In this document: piece after piece, positions 36,921 through 45,430 of the stretch
How positions within the stretch are numbered: the stretch's first letter is position 1
Layout: each line of letters begins with the position of its first letter
NCBI GenBank assembly: GCA_964618315.1
Contig: CAZTWQ010000001.1
Span: 6,877 to 70,876, forward strand
Source of the DNA: an uncultured Methanosarcinales archaeon
Lineage (GTDB): Archaea; Nanobdellota; Nanobdellia; Woesearchaeales; JACPBV01
DNA length: 64,000 bases
Direction of reading: 5' to 3'
Made by a program: the position numbers and the translations under genes
Notes under the pieces: generated by a model
Told to the model about the DNA's origin: nothing
Seen by the model: the letters and a program-made list of their open reading frames with translations, nothing else
Database searches by the model: none

Positions 36921-38126
36921 ATGATTCCGTTTACTAAGAAGTATGTCCCTAAGTCTTTAAAGGATATAAAGGGGCATGATAAATCTGCGAGAGAATTAAA
37001 GGAAATAATTACTAATTTTAAGAAGCAGAAGAAGAAAGCTACATGGGTATATGGACCATCAGGCAGTGGAAAGACTTCTATCGCTTATGCTATGGCTAAT
37101 GAGTTTAATTATGAGATTATAGAAGTAAATGCTTCTGATTCAAGGAACAAAGATGAGATAAACCAGAAAGTTGGGGGGGCTATTTTACAGCATTCTTTGT
37201 TTTCTAAAGGGAAGATAATACTTGTGGATGAGATAGATGGATTGTCTGGGATGAAGGATAGGGGTGGGATGCAGGCTTTGATCAAGCTGATCGAGAAAAG
37301 CCAATTTCCAATAATATTAACTGCAACAAACCCTTGGGATTATAAGTTTAATTCTTTAAGAAAGAAATGTAACTTGATAGAGTTAGAACCCATAGGCTAT
37401 CTGGATATAACCTCTGTTTTGAAGGATATATGCTCTAAAGAGAATATCAAATATGAGCTAGATGTACTTAAGTCATTAGCAAGGAGGGCTGGTGGAGATT
37501 GCAGAGCTGCTGTCAATGATCTGCAGACCTTAACTGAATTGACAAAAGAACTGACTAAAGAGAGCCTAGATGAGTTAGAGCAGAGAAGTCAAGAAGAATC
37601 TATGCCAAATGCTTTGCTTCGTGTGTTTAAGACTACAGATCCTAAAGTAGCAATAGGTGCTTTTGACAATATTAAGGAAGATCTAAGTCAGCAATTATTA
37701 TGGATAGATGAGAATCTACCTCATGAGTATAGCAAGCCAGAAGATCTGGCAAGAGCTTATGATAAGATAAGCAAGGCAGATGTTTTTAATCGACGTATCA
37801 GAAGGTGGCAGCATTGGAGATTCTTAGTCTATATCAATGCGTTAATCACTGCAGGGGTGGCTGTTTCTAAAGATGAAAAATACAAGAAATTTGTGAAGTA
37901 TAAGCCAACTGGAAGAATATTGAAGTTATGGTGGGCTAAACAGAAAAGCATGAAGAAAAAAGCTATTGCTGCTAAGATTGCAGAAAAGACACATAGTTCT
38001 ACAAAGGATATTATCAAAGATATTGAATATTTTAAGACTATATTTAAGAAGAACAAAGAGATGGGTAACAATATAGCTGAATATGCTGATCTTTCTAAAG
38101 AAGAAGTGATATGGCTAAAGAAATGA
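36921..38126 (+). CDS. rfcL: Replication factor C large subunit
   Basis: GPSGSGKT, EVNASD.R, LVDEID, WIDENLP..Y. Confidence 0.93.
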   Translation: MIPFTKKYVPKSLKDIKGHDKSARELKEIITNFKKQKKKATWVYGPSGSGKTSIAYAMANEFNYEIIEVNASDSRNKDEINQKVGGAILQHSLFSKGKIILVDEIDGLSGMKDRGGMQALIKLIEKSQFPIILTATNPWDYKFNSLRKKCNLIELEPIGYLDITSVLKDICSKENIKYELDVLKSLARRAGGDCRAAVNDLQTLTELTKELTKESLDELEQRSQEESMPNALLRVFKTTDPKVAIGAFDNIKEDLSQQLLWIDENLPHEYSKPEDLARAYDKISKADVFNRRIRRWQHWRFLVYINALITAGVAVSKDEKYKKFVKYKPTGRILKLWWAKQKSMKKKAIAAKIAEKTHSSTKDIIKDIEYFKTIFKKNKEMGNNIAEYADLSKEEVIWLKK

Positions 38127-38190
38127 TCTGTATCTAATCCATATCAGTAATTCAATTATCATCGTCAAATTCTTTTTTGTAGATGATAAA

Positions 38191-38332
38191 GGCTTAGTAG
38201 AAAAAGTCCTACTACGCTGACTGGAACACCACACTAAAGTGTGGCAACCCAGTAAGCTCCGTCCTGGCCATGCCATGAATACCTCTGGTATTAATGGCAT
38301 TCATGGCACAGACGGACTTTTTCTACTAAGCC
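38191..38332. mobile_element. Structured MITE-like element, copy 3 (142 bp, different interior)
   Basis: 19-bp TIR GGCTTAGTAGAAAAAGTCC; perfect 9-bp target duplication GATGATAAA. Confidence 0.88.
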
Positions 38333-38379
38333 GATGATAAACATAAATATTTATATATGTGTATATTTTCCGTGAATAT

Positions 38380-39810
38380 ATGGTATTAACAATAGAAGAT
38401 ATGTCGGTCTTTTGCAAGAAGAAGGGTTTTGTTTATCCTAATAGTGAACTTTATGGTGGATATGCTGGATTTTTTGATTATGGGCCGTTAGGAGTAGAGC
38501 TAAAGAATAATATCAAATCTGCTTTTTGGAAGACTTTTGTACATAAGAGAGATGATGTTGTAGGTATAGATGGAACAATAATAACAAATCCTAAAGTATG
38601 GAAAGCATCAGGGCATGTAGATTCTTTTACTGATTATATCTATAAATGTGATAAATGTAAATTATTGATCAAAGGTGATAATGATAAAGGATTGAAATGC
38701 ACTAAGTGTGGTGCTGATCTAGAGAGTCAAGGTCAGTTCAATCTTATGTTCACTACCCAAGTTGGACCTATTAAAGGGGATGTTTCTTATTTAAGGCCAG
38801 AGACTGCCCAAGTTATCTTTACAAACTATAAATTAGTACAAGAAGGTGCTCGTAAAAAATTGCCTTTTGGTATTGCTCAAGTCGGCAAGGCTTTTAGAAA
38901 TGAGATATCTCCACGTGATTTCTTATTTCGATCTAGGGAGTTTGAGCAGTTTGAAATAGAATTTTTTGTGCATCCAGATAAAACAAATGATTGCCCTTAT
39001 GTTAAAGAAGTTGAGAATATTAAATTGCAAATCTTAACACAGAAGAACCAGGAGAATGATGAAGACCATATCGAGATGACTATCAAGGATATTGTAGATA
39101 AAAAAGTTGCTTCTCAATGGCATGCTTATTGGCTAGCTAAATATTATCAATTTTTTATCGATATAGGGATAAATCCAAGTAATTTAAGGCTTCGTGAACA
39201 TCTAAAAGATGAATTAGCGCATTATGCTTCTGCATGCTTTGATATTGAATATAAATTTCCATTTGGATGGAAAGAGATACATGGAAATGCAGATAGAGGG
39301 CAGTTTGATTTAAAGCAACATATGGAAGCGTCTAAAACTTCGTTGGAGTATTATGACGAAGAAAGTAAGGGGAAAGTTATTCCTTATGTCGCTTCAGAGC
39401 CCTCTCAGGGTATTGATAGGGCATTTTTAGCGTTTATGTTTGAAGCTTATAATGACGATAAAGACAGAGGGAATGTTGTTTTGAAGTTGGATTCCAGGTT
39501 AGCTCCTGTTAAAGTGGGTGTTTTTCCCTTGGTTAATAAGTTGAATGATAAGGCAAAAGAGATATTTGGTTTATTGAATGATGAGTTTAATTGCGCCTAT
39601 GATAAATCTGGTTCTGTTGGTCGTAGGTATGCTAGAGCTGATGAGATGGGAGTACCTTATTGTGTTACTATTGATTTTGATACATTGGAAAAAGGAGATT
39701 GTACTATAAGGGATAGGGATTCGACTAAGCAAATTAGGGTTAAAGTAGAGGATATAGTTAAGGTTTTGAGTGGTTTATTGAAGAATAAATTAAAATTTAA
39801 TGAAATATAG
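38380..39810 (+). CDS. glyS: Glycine--tRNA ligase (alpha2 type)
   Basis: DYGPLG, LRPETAQ, FRNEISPR, anticodon domain GRRYARADE. Confidence 0.96.
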   Translation: MVLTIEDMSVFCKKKGFVYPNSELYGGYAGFFDYGPLGVELKNNIKSAFWKTFVHKRDDVVGIDGTIITNPKVWKASGHVDSFTDYIYKCDKCKLLIKGDNDKGLKCTKCGADLESQGQFNLMFTTQVGPIKGDVSYLRPETAQVIFTNYKLVQEGARKKLPFGIAQVGKAFRNEISPRDFLFRSREFEQFEIEFFVHPDKTNDCPYVKEVENIKLQILTQKNQENDEDHIEMTIKDIVDKKVASQWHAYWLAKYYQFFIDIGINPSNLRLREHLKDELAHYASACFDIEYKFPFGWKEIHGNADRGQFDLKQHMEASKTSLEYYDEESKGKVIPYVASEPSQGIDRAFLAFMFEAYNDDKDRGNVVLKLDSRLAPVKVGVFPLVNKLNDKAKEIFGLLNDEFNCAYDKSGSVGRRYARADEMGVPYCVTIDFDTLEKGDCTIRDRDSTKQIRVKVEDIVKVLSGLLKNKLKFNEI

Positions 39811-39831
39811 AATAAATGGAGGATATTTAAA

Positions 39832-40248
39832 ATGGCAATAAAAGATTTACAGGCAAGACAAGGACAGGTTGATTTGATAGTAGAGATTGTTGAGAAAGGG
39901 GATATCAGAGAGTTTGAGAAATTTGGCAAGGCTGGAAGGGTATGCAATGTTAAGATAAAAGATGCTACTGGTGAAATGAGTCTGACATTATGGAATGAGC
40001 AGATTGAACAAGTTAAGGTTGGAGCTAAGGTTCACATCATCAATGGTTGGGTAAGTGAATGGCAAGGTGAAAAACAGCTTTCAACTGGTAAGTTTGGACA
40101 ATTAGAAGTTGTTGGAGATGGTGCAGAGACTACTGAGGGTGAGATTCCAAATAAGAAAGACGTTACAAGTGATGAAGGTGAGAAGAGCCTTACAGAAGAT
40201 GAGAAACTAGGGGAAGAAGTTATTAAGGATGAAGAAGAGATAATGTGA
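39832..40248 (+). CDS. ssb: Single-stranded DNA-binding protein (single OB fold, acidic tail)
   Basis: KDATGEMSLTLWNEQ...NGWVSEWQG. Confidence 0.88.
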   Translation: MAIKDLQARQGQVDLIVEIVEKGDIREFEKFGKAGRVCNVKIKDATGEMSLTLWNEQIEQVKVGAKVHIINGWVSEWQGEKQLSTGKFGQLEVVGDGAETTEGEIPNKKDVTSDEGEKSLTEDEKLGEEVIKDEEEIM

Positions 40249-40252
40249 TATG

Positions 40253-40744
40253 TTAGAACTTTTGTAGTGCTTGTTCATAAGCTTTTGATAAACTAAGTGG
40301 GTCGTTGTTTGCTGGCCAAGAAGGCATCCTGACTACTCTTTCGTCTGGAAAACCATATTTATTATCTTCTATTAATACATAATCTTTAGGGTTTCCTAGT
40401 TCACCTAGATTTTTTCTTACATTATCCCCAACAAATGAATATATTTTTCCTGTTCTAACTAATCTGCCCTGCTCAAGGTCTGCATATTCAAAATGATGCT
40501 CCATAGTTTCATGATTAATTATGCCAAGGATAATCCGATCAAAAAGAGTCAATACAGATCCAACATCCAGAAACTCCACTAAACCTGCAGTGCCTTGCTC
40601 CATCCCAGCCATAGTCCATAGAGTGGTTGAATCAAAATCATATCTTGCCCTAAGCAATACTTCCATGAATTCAGGATGAGCATTCCCTGGAGGTAGCTCG
40701 TCAATAAGAACACCTTCAAGATCAAAAACAATTCCCAGTGGCAT
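40253..40744 (-). CDS. HAD-like protein
   Basis: VFDLEGVL, LWT, K, LIEDN motifs. Confidence 0.55.
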   Translation of the reverse strand: MPLGIVFDLEGVLIDELPPGNAHPEFMEVLLRARYDFDSTTLWTMAGMEQGTAGLVEFLDVGSVLTLFDRIILGIINHETMEHHFEYADLEQGRLVRTGKIYSFVGDNVRKNLGELGNPKDYVLIEDNKYGFPDERVVRMPSWPANNDPLSLSKAYEQALQKF

Positions 40745-40852
40745 TTCAATATAGAAATGGGATAATAAATAAAAAGGTATCTTAATTGAGTGTAGATATG
40801 AGGGTTAAAATAATAATGTTTATATAGGGTTATTTAATTCTATAGTCTTGAT

Positions 40853-40998
40853 GGGGCTGTAGCTCAGCCTGGGAGAGCACTAGACTGAAGTTCCTATGAT
40901 CTGCAGAGGCTTTTGCCGATGAAGAGCAGAGATCTAGGTGTCCTGGGAAGTCGCAATACCATGTGCGTCTTGGGAAAATTCAAATTCCGGCAGCCCCA
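40853..40998 (+). tRNA. tRNA-Phe(GAA) with two introns (40891-40931 at 37/38; 40947-40977 at about 52/53)
   Basis: Acceptor GGGGCTG/CAGCCCC; spliced anticodon arm CTAGA-CTGAAGA-TCTAG; BHB-like motifs; TATA at 40819. Confidence 0.88.
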
Positions 40999-41765
40999 CT
41001 CTTTTTTAAACCTTTTATTATTTTAGGGGGTCTTCCTTTTTTACTTGTGATTGTTCCACTTTTTAGATATTCTTCATACTTATTAAGATGTCTTTGGTTT
41101 CTAAAACCAATTAATTTCATCCATAATTGAAGGTTTTGACGACCACTTAATCTTAATCTGCTTTCAATCCAAGTTTTTCCAAACCTTTTATCAAAATTTC
41201 TATCTTCTGGAATAAAGTCAACATTAAAACCTAATTTTTCTAGAAATTTTGAGAATAGTATGATTATTTTTTTATCCACTAAACTTAAAGATATTACTGG
41301 GTAATGTGGATATTTCTTTCTATTTCTATAGAGCATTAAAGAAAAATCTGTATCTGCTAATCCCTTAAGGGTGTGTAGAAGATAATCTTGGTTATTGAGT
41401 ATCCAATTTGGAATTTTAATATTCCTACTATGATGTTTATAGTATCCCATTCCCTTAATGAAATTGAATAATCCTAGTGAACTGAAGTTAATTTCTATTA
41501 AATTCTTATATTTCCTTTGGATAATTTTAACATTTATGTTAAAAAGGTTTTTGATTAAATTTTTTACATAGTGAAAATAATCATAATCTAATCTAGAATC
41601 TCCTGATACAGATATGATATTATATCTAGTATTAAAGCTAACATGCCCATCTCCTGCCAGTATACCAATAAACTCTGCTAATTTTTTAGATGGTCCCTTA
41701 GGTAAAACTAAGCCTCGTTTTCTATCTACATGACTAAATTCTATTTTTGATATATCAAATTCCAT
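40980..41765 (-). CDS. Stand-alone LAGLIDADG endonuclease-like protein ending inside tRNA-Phe (antisense)
   Basis: AEFIGILAGDG and LKGLADTD motifs; WMKLIGFRN; GGAGGTGA RBS. Confidence 0.85.
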   Translation of the reverse strand: MEFDISKIEFSHVDRKRGLVLPKGPSKKLAEFIGILAGDGHVSFNTRYNIISVSGDSRLDYDYFHYVKNLIKNLFNINVKIIQRKYKNLIEINFSSLGLFNFIKGMGYYKHHSRNIKIPNWILNNQDYLLHTLKGLADTDFSLMLYRNRKKYPHYPVISLSLVDKKIIILFSKFLEKLGFNVDFIPEDRNFDKRFGKTWIESRLRLSGRQNLQLWMKLIGFRNQRHLNKYEEYLKSGTITSKKGRPPKIIKGLKKSGAAGI

Positions 41766-42052
41766 CTTAAATCACCTCCATTAAGATTTCTTTTCATTTA
41801 TTGAAAGAAATTCTTGGAGATTTGAAAAAAGAGGTCAAAGAGCGAAACTCTGTAATTGATTTTCTAGAAAGTGGAAAATCATTATTTAACAGTTTTGCGT
41901 GAACTCTTTTTTATTAAGAATGTAAAAATACTAGTTTATATATCTGGCGGAGGTGGTTGGCAAGTGGCAAGTGGGGGTGCTAAAACAGCTAATTCATTAG
42001 AATTTAAATGATAGAAGGCTTCTCGTCACTTGCCAAAATGTTGGCAAGTGAG
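41766..42052 (-). repeat. LAGLIDADG-associated upstream module, copy B
   Basis: Homologous to 14138-14426; palindrome 42026-42051, TATA 41935-41942, hairpin 41825-41912. Confidence 0.9.
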
Positions 42053-42160
42053 ATTAATGAATTATTATCCCAAAATAACAGCAAGATTTATAGACCTTAA
42101 CGCATTTCCATTATAAATAAACGGCAAGGAATTAAAATAAAAATTTAATATAAGGCTAAC

Positions 42161-42421
42161 ATGACAATTCTATCATCATTAGCAACGGTCTTTGGAGTAG
42201 TTAATGGATTTGCTAATTTTCCCCAGATCTATAAGATTTTTAAGAAAAAAAGTGCAAAAGATATAGCTGCAATTACTTATATGATATTAACTGTTGGTAC
42301 TGTTGTTTGGCTTCTCTATGGGTTTGAGATAAGAAGTATCCCTGTAATTGTAATGAATGGTCTAGCACTTATTGAATTTATATTGATTCTAATTGGATGT
42401 TATATGTATGGTAAGGGTTAA
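42161..42421 (+). CDS. SemiSWEET/PQ-loop transporter
   Basis: FPQIYKIFKKKSAKDI...WLLYG...N; 3 TM. Confidence 0.9.
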   Translation: MTILSSLATVFGVVNGFANFPQIYKIFKKKSAKDIAAITYMILTVGTVVWLLYGFEIRSIPVIVMNGLALIEFILILIGCYMYGKG

Positions 42422-42482
42422 GGGAGTTTAAATTTGTATTGTAATTACAGTTTTGCTGCCCTTCATTATTTTGAATCTTAAT

Positions 42483-43076
42483 TTAATCTAAAATTAGTTG
42501 AACCTGTTCTGCAGATTGTTGTTTAGAATTCAAATACTGGCGGCATTTAGCTAAAACATAATCTGAAGAAAAATAATGTGATTTCTGAAAAGAATCTCTA
42601 AAAGCTCTGGCTTCGTCAGGTTGAATTACATGATCCTGATCTAAGTCCATCCTACCTGCTAACAGACTATCCATACATTCTTGAGTGGTTTGCTGTCCCT
42701 CTCTGATTTTGATAACATATCTATCCCCTATCTGATATAATTCATTATCTTCAACTTTGCCAAGAGGTTTTGGCATTTTTTCTGAACTGACCATAATTCC
42801 AAAAAGAACTGATCTTAGATCACCCCTAGTATATTGTGTTTCTAATAAGCCAAATGATTTTATAATCTTGCCCCTTAAATCAGCATATATTTTGGCAAAA
42901 TGCACATATGGATCTTCTCCTTGATTAATGTAAGGTACGAGCCTAGGATTTAGAGAGCTAGAGCTCATAACAACATCTAAGGGTTGAGTTTGTGGAGTCT
43001 GCTGACTTTCTGCGATTGCAGGACTTGCAGCTGCCATACTTGCCATCAAGGCCCTTGTTGCTAAGTAATTCGTCAT
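42483..43076 (-). CDS. Hypothetical, possibly secreted protein
   Basis: Ala-rich N-terminus; EF-hand-like DLDQDHVIQPDE. Confidence 0.6.
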   Translation of the reverse strand: MTNYLATRALMASMAAASPAIAESQQTPQTQPLDVVMSSSSLNPRLVPYINQGEDPYVHFAKIYADLRGKIIKSFGLLETQYTRGDLRSVLFGIMVSSEKMPKPLGKVEDNELYQIGDRYVIKIREGQQTTQECMDSLLAGRMDLDQDHVIQPDEARAFRDSFQKSHYFSSDYVLAKCRQYLNSKQQSAEQVQLILD

Positions 43077-43242
43077 TTTTTAGTTTATTAGTTGATATAG
43101 ATATAAGGCAAACATCACCTATTTATAAATCTTACTATTTATTACTACCTATAAGTGACAATTTATTAATTTAGAAAACATAATTATAGTAAACGAAATA
43201 TCATAATATCAATAATCTTTTTGATCACTACATTCTTAAGAA

Positions 43243-45423
43243 CTAACCTAATAAACTTACAGTCATAATCCTATTTGCAATCAAGTTGAATATTAACATT
43301 ATCGTTGCAGAAACAATTGTGTAAAGTATTGTTGCCCTGACCATGTTCTGGCCTAATAGGTATCTTTCATTCAGTTTATCAGATCCATTTTCAATCCCAT
43401 TTGCAAGGATAGTTAAGATGTATGTTATTTGCACAACATATAATCCCACGATTACCTGGAAATAGAAAGTAGGAACTCCTTGCCCGAAGAAACCAGTCGC
43501 TAAGGCTCCACCAGCCCCTGATTCTGCTCCGCCTAATTGAGTCATTTGCATGGATAATTTACCTAAGATAGTAGTTACCATCGAAGTTATACCTATAACA
43601 ATTCCTGCAATGACTGGTGTTAAGAATTTTATCTGAGAATTCATAGAAGCTATCACTTCAGCCATTAAATCTTTTAGGCGTTCATTTACTTTATGGATCT
43701 CTTTTAAGTATCGAGATATATTTATGAGGGCCATTGCCGCCACCCTAGGTCCTTTTTTTACCGATTCAATGAGAACTTTCATTGAGCTTTTTATTAATTG
43801 TGATGGAAAATAGATTAATGCCCCATGCCTTGGGTTAAATATTGCTTCTGCTACACCCATGCCAAGTTTCCTAACATTAGAGGATACTGACTGGAAAAAT
43901 GCACCTGAGATTGTTCCCTGCATACTTACTGCAACCTTACCAAATGCTGTTTCTGCAGGCAAACCGTCGCCTAACCTATTGCCTAATTGGAAGAGTCCAG
44001 AAGCAAATTCCTGCTCTAATGCTTCTGTTTTACGTCTTATCCCTATGACATTCTTGCTTTTCAGCTTATAATAATAACCTATAGAAAAACCGAATGCAAT
44101 TACAAAAAATAAACTTAACATAGAAGCACCTAAACCGAATGGACCAGTTACTTTGCCGCTTTCAGAGGTCCTATAGTCCAATAGACAAAATGCCCTTAAG
44201 CATGTTGAGGTTTCATCAATATCTCCAAAGCCAAGATTTGCTTCGTCAGAAATAAACCAACGTAAATATATAGGGCTTATGCCCACCATAAAAAGCATCA
44301 ATCCAATTATTACACATACTATGAGGGGGCTTATTTTAATCTCTTTTTTTCCAAATTTCATCAGTATTCCAGCATATTTCTTATATTCTGGAAGTTCACT
44401 TATATCTGTATCACCATATCCAGTTGGTCTTTTGGCTAAGATTGTTTTGCCCAAGTAAAAAACCAAAATAGGCAACCCCACATTATAGATCAATGAGATA
44501 TAATACCATTTTACGTCTGATAAAAAGCTGACTACTAAAGGGAGGATTACTAATCCGAGGATAGGGAGTATAATACCTAACATATGGAGCATGGTAATTG
44601 GTGATTTTAGGTTTTGAGCGTAATGCAACATCCTTTCATATGTTTCAGTCAATATAACATCTAATGATTTATCTAGGGTTGCAACTCTTTTCTCTTCATC
44701 CCCTTCATATAATGATGCTTCTATCAGATGGAATGCTTCGATAAACTCCAAGTTCCATTTTCTCCAGGTCTGAAGGTAGATTTCCAGAGATTCTTTTATT
44801 GTTGAACACTTTTCTGTCTCTACATCCCATAATACTTTTTTTAAATCTAAGCTTAATGGGGGGGCAACGTGATCTGATGCAAATCTTAAAGCTAATTCAA
44901 GGTTAGATGTGTGGCGCATATAAGTGACGACATAGAATACGCATAATACCATCTGATTAGATGATTTAAGACGCCATGTATTTGCAATGAACATGGGCAA
45001 TTTCCCTAATGGACCGATCAAAGAAACGCCCAATATAAGGAAGAATATGACGAAAAAGAATGATTTTAATAGAAGAATAGAAAAAAGAGATACCATAATT
45101 ATAAATAATATTGGCGCAATCATGGCAAAAGATGTTGCACCAACAGGAGTTACATTTAAATGGCATATGCCGATTGATTCCTGCAGTTCTTGCTCTTTTT
45201 TCTTATCTGGCGCTATCTTTACTATATTTTCAAAAGAATTGCAAAGTTTTTCATAAAGTGTCAGATGTCCTTGAATATATTCCTGCCTAAATTGATTGTA
45301 TTCTCGGGTAAGAACCCCTTTTTCAGGGCTTTGATCTGTGGTTTCGTCAACTGGGCCTAGTTCTGCCTCTATCTTTTTCTTATACTTATCTATTAAATCT
45401 CCCATCCCTCGTTCATCCGACAT
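43243..45423 (-). CDS. Type IV pilus/T2SS membrane platform protein (TadB/C-like)
   Basis: Multi-TM, two T2SSF-like halves, directly downstream of secretion ATPase. Confidence 0.75.
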   Translation of the reverse strand: MSDERGMGDLIDKYKKKIEAELGPVDETTDQSPEKGVLTREYNQFRQEYIQGHLTLYEKLCNSFENIVKIAPDKKKEQELQESIGICHLNVTPVGATSFAMIAPILFIIMVSLFSILLLKSFFFVIFFLILGVSLIGPLGKLPMFIANTWRLKSSNQMVLCVFYVVTYMRHTSNLELALRFASDHVAPPLSLDLKKVLWDVETEKCSTIKESLEIYLQTWRKWNLEFIEAFHLIEASLYEGDEEKRVATLDKSLDVILTETYERMLHYAQNLKSPITMLHMLGIILPILGLVILPLVVSFLSDVKWYYISLIYNVGLPILVFYLGKTILAKRPTGYGDTDISELPEYKKYAGILMKFGKKEIKISPLIVCVIIGLMLFMVGISPIYLRWFISDEANLGFGDIDETSTCLRAFCLLDYRTSESGKVTGPFGLGASMLSLFFVIAFGFSIGYYYKLKSKNVIGIRRKTEALEQEFASGLFQLGNRLGDGLPAETAFGKVAVSMQGTISGAFFQSVSSNVRKLGMGVAEAIFNPRHGALIYFPSQLIKSSMKVLIESVKKGPRVAAMALINISRYLKEIHKVNERLKDLMAEVIASMNSQIKFLTPVIAGIVIGITSMVTTILGKLSMQMTQLGGAESGAGGALATGFFGQGVPTFYFQVIVGLYVVQITYILTILANGIENGSDKLNERYLLGQNMVRATILYTIVSATIMLIFNLIANRIMTVSLLG

Positions 45424-45430
45424 TTTAGAA

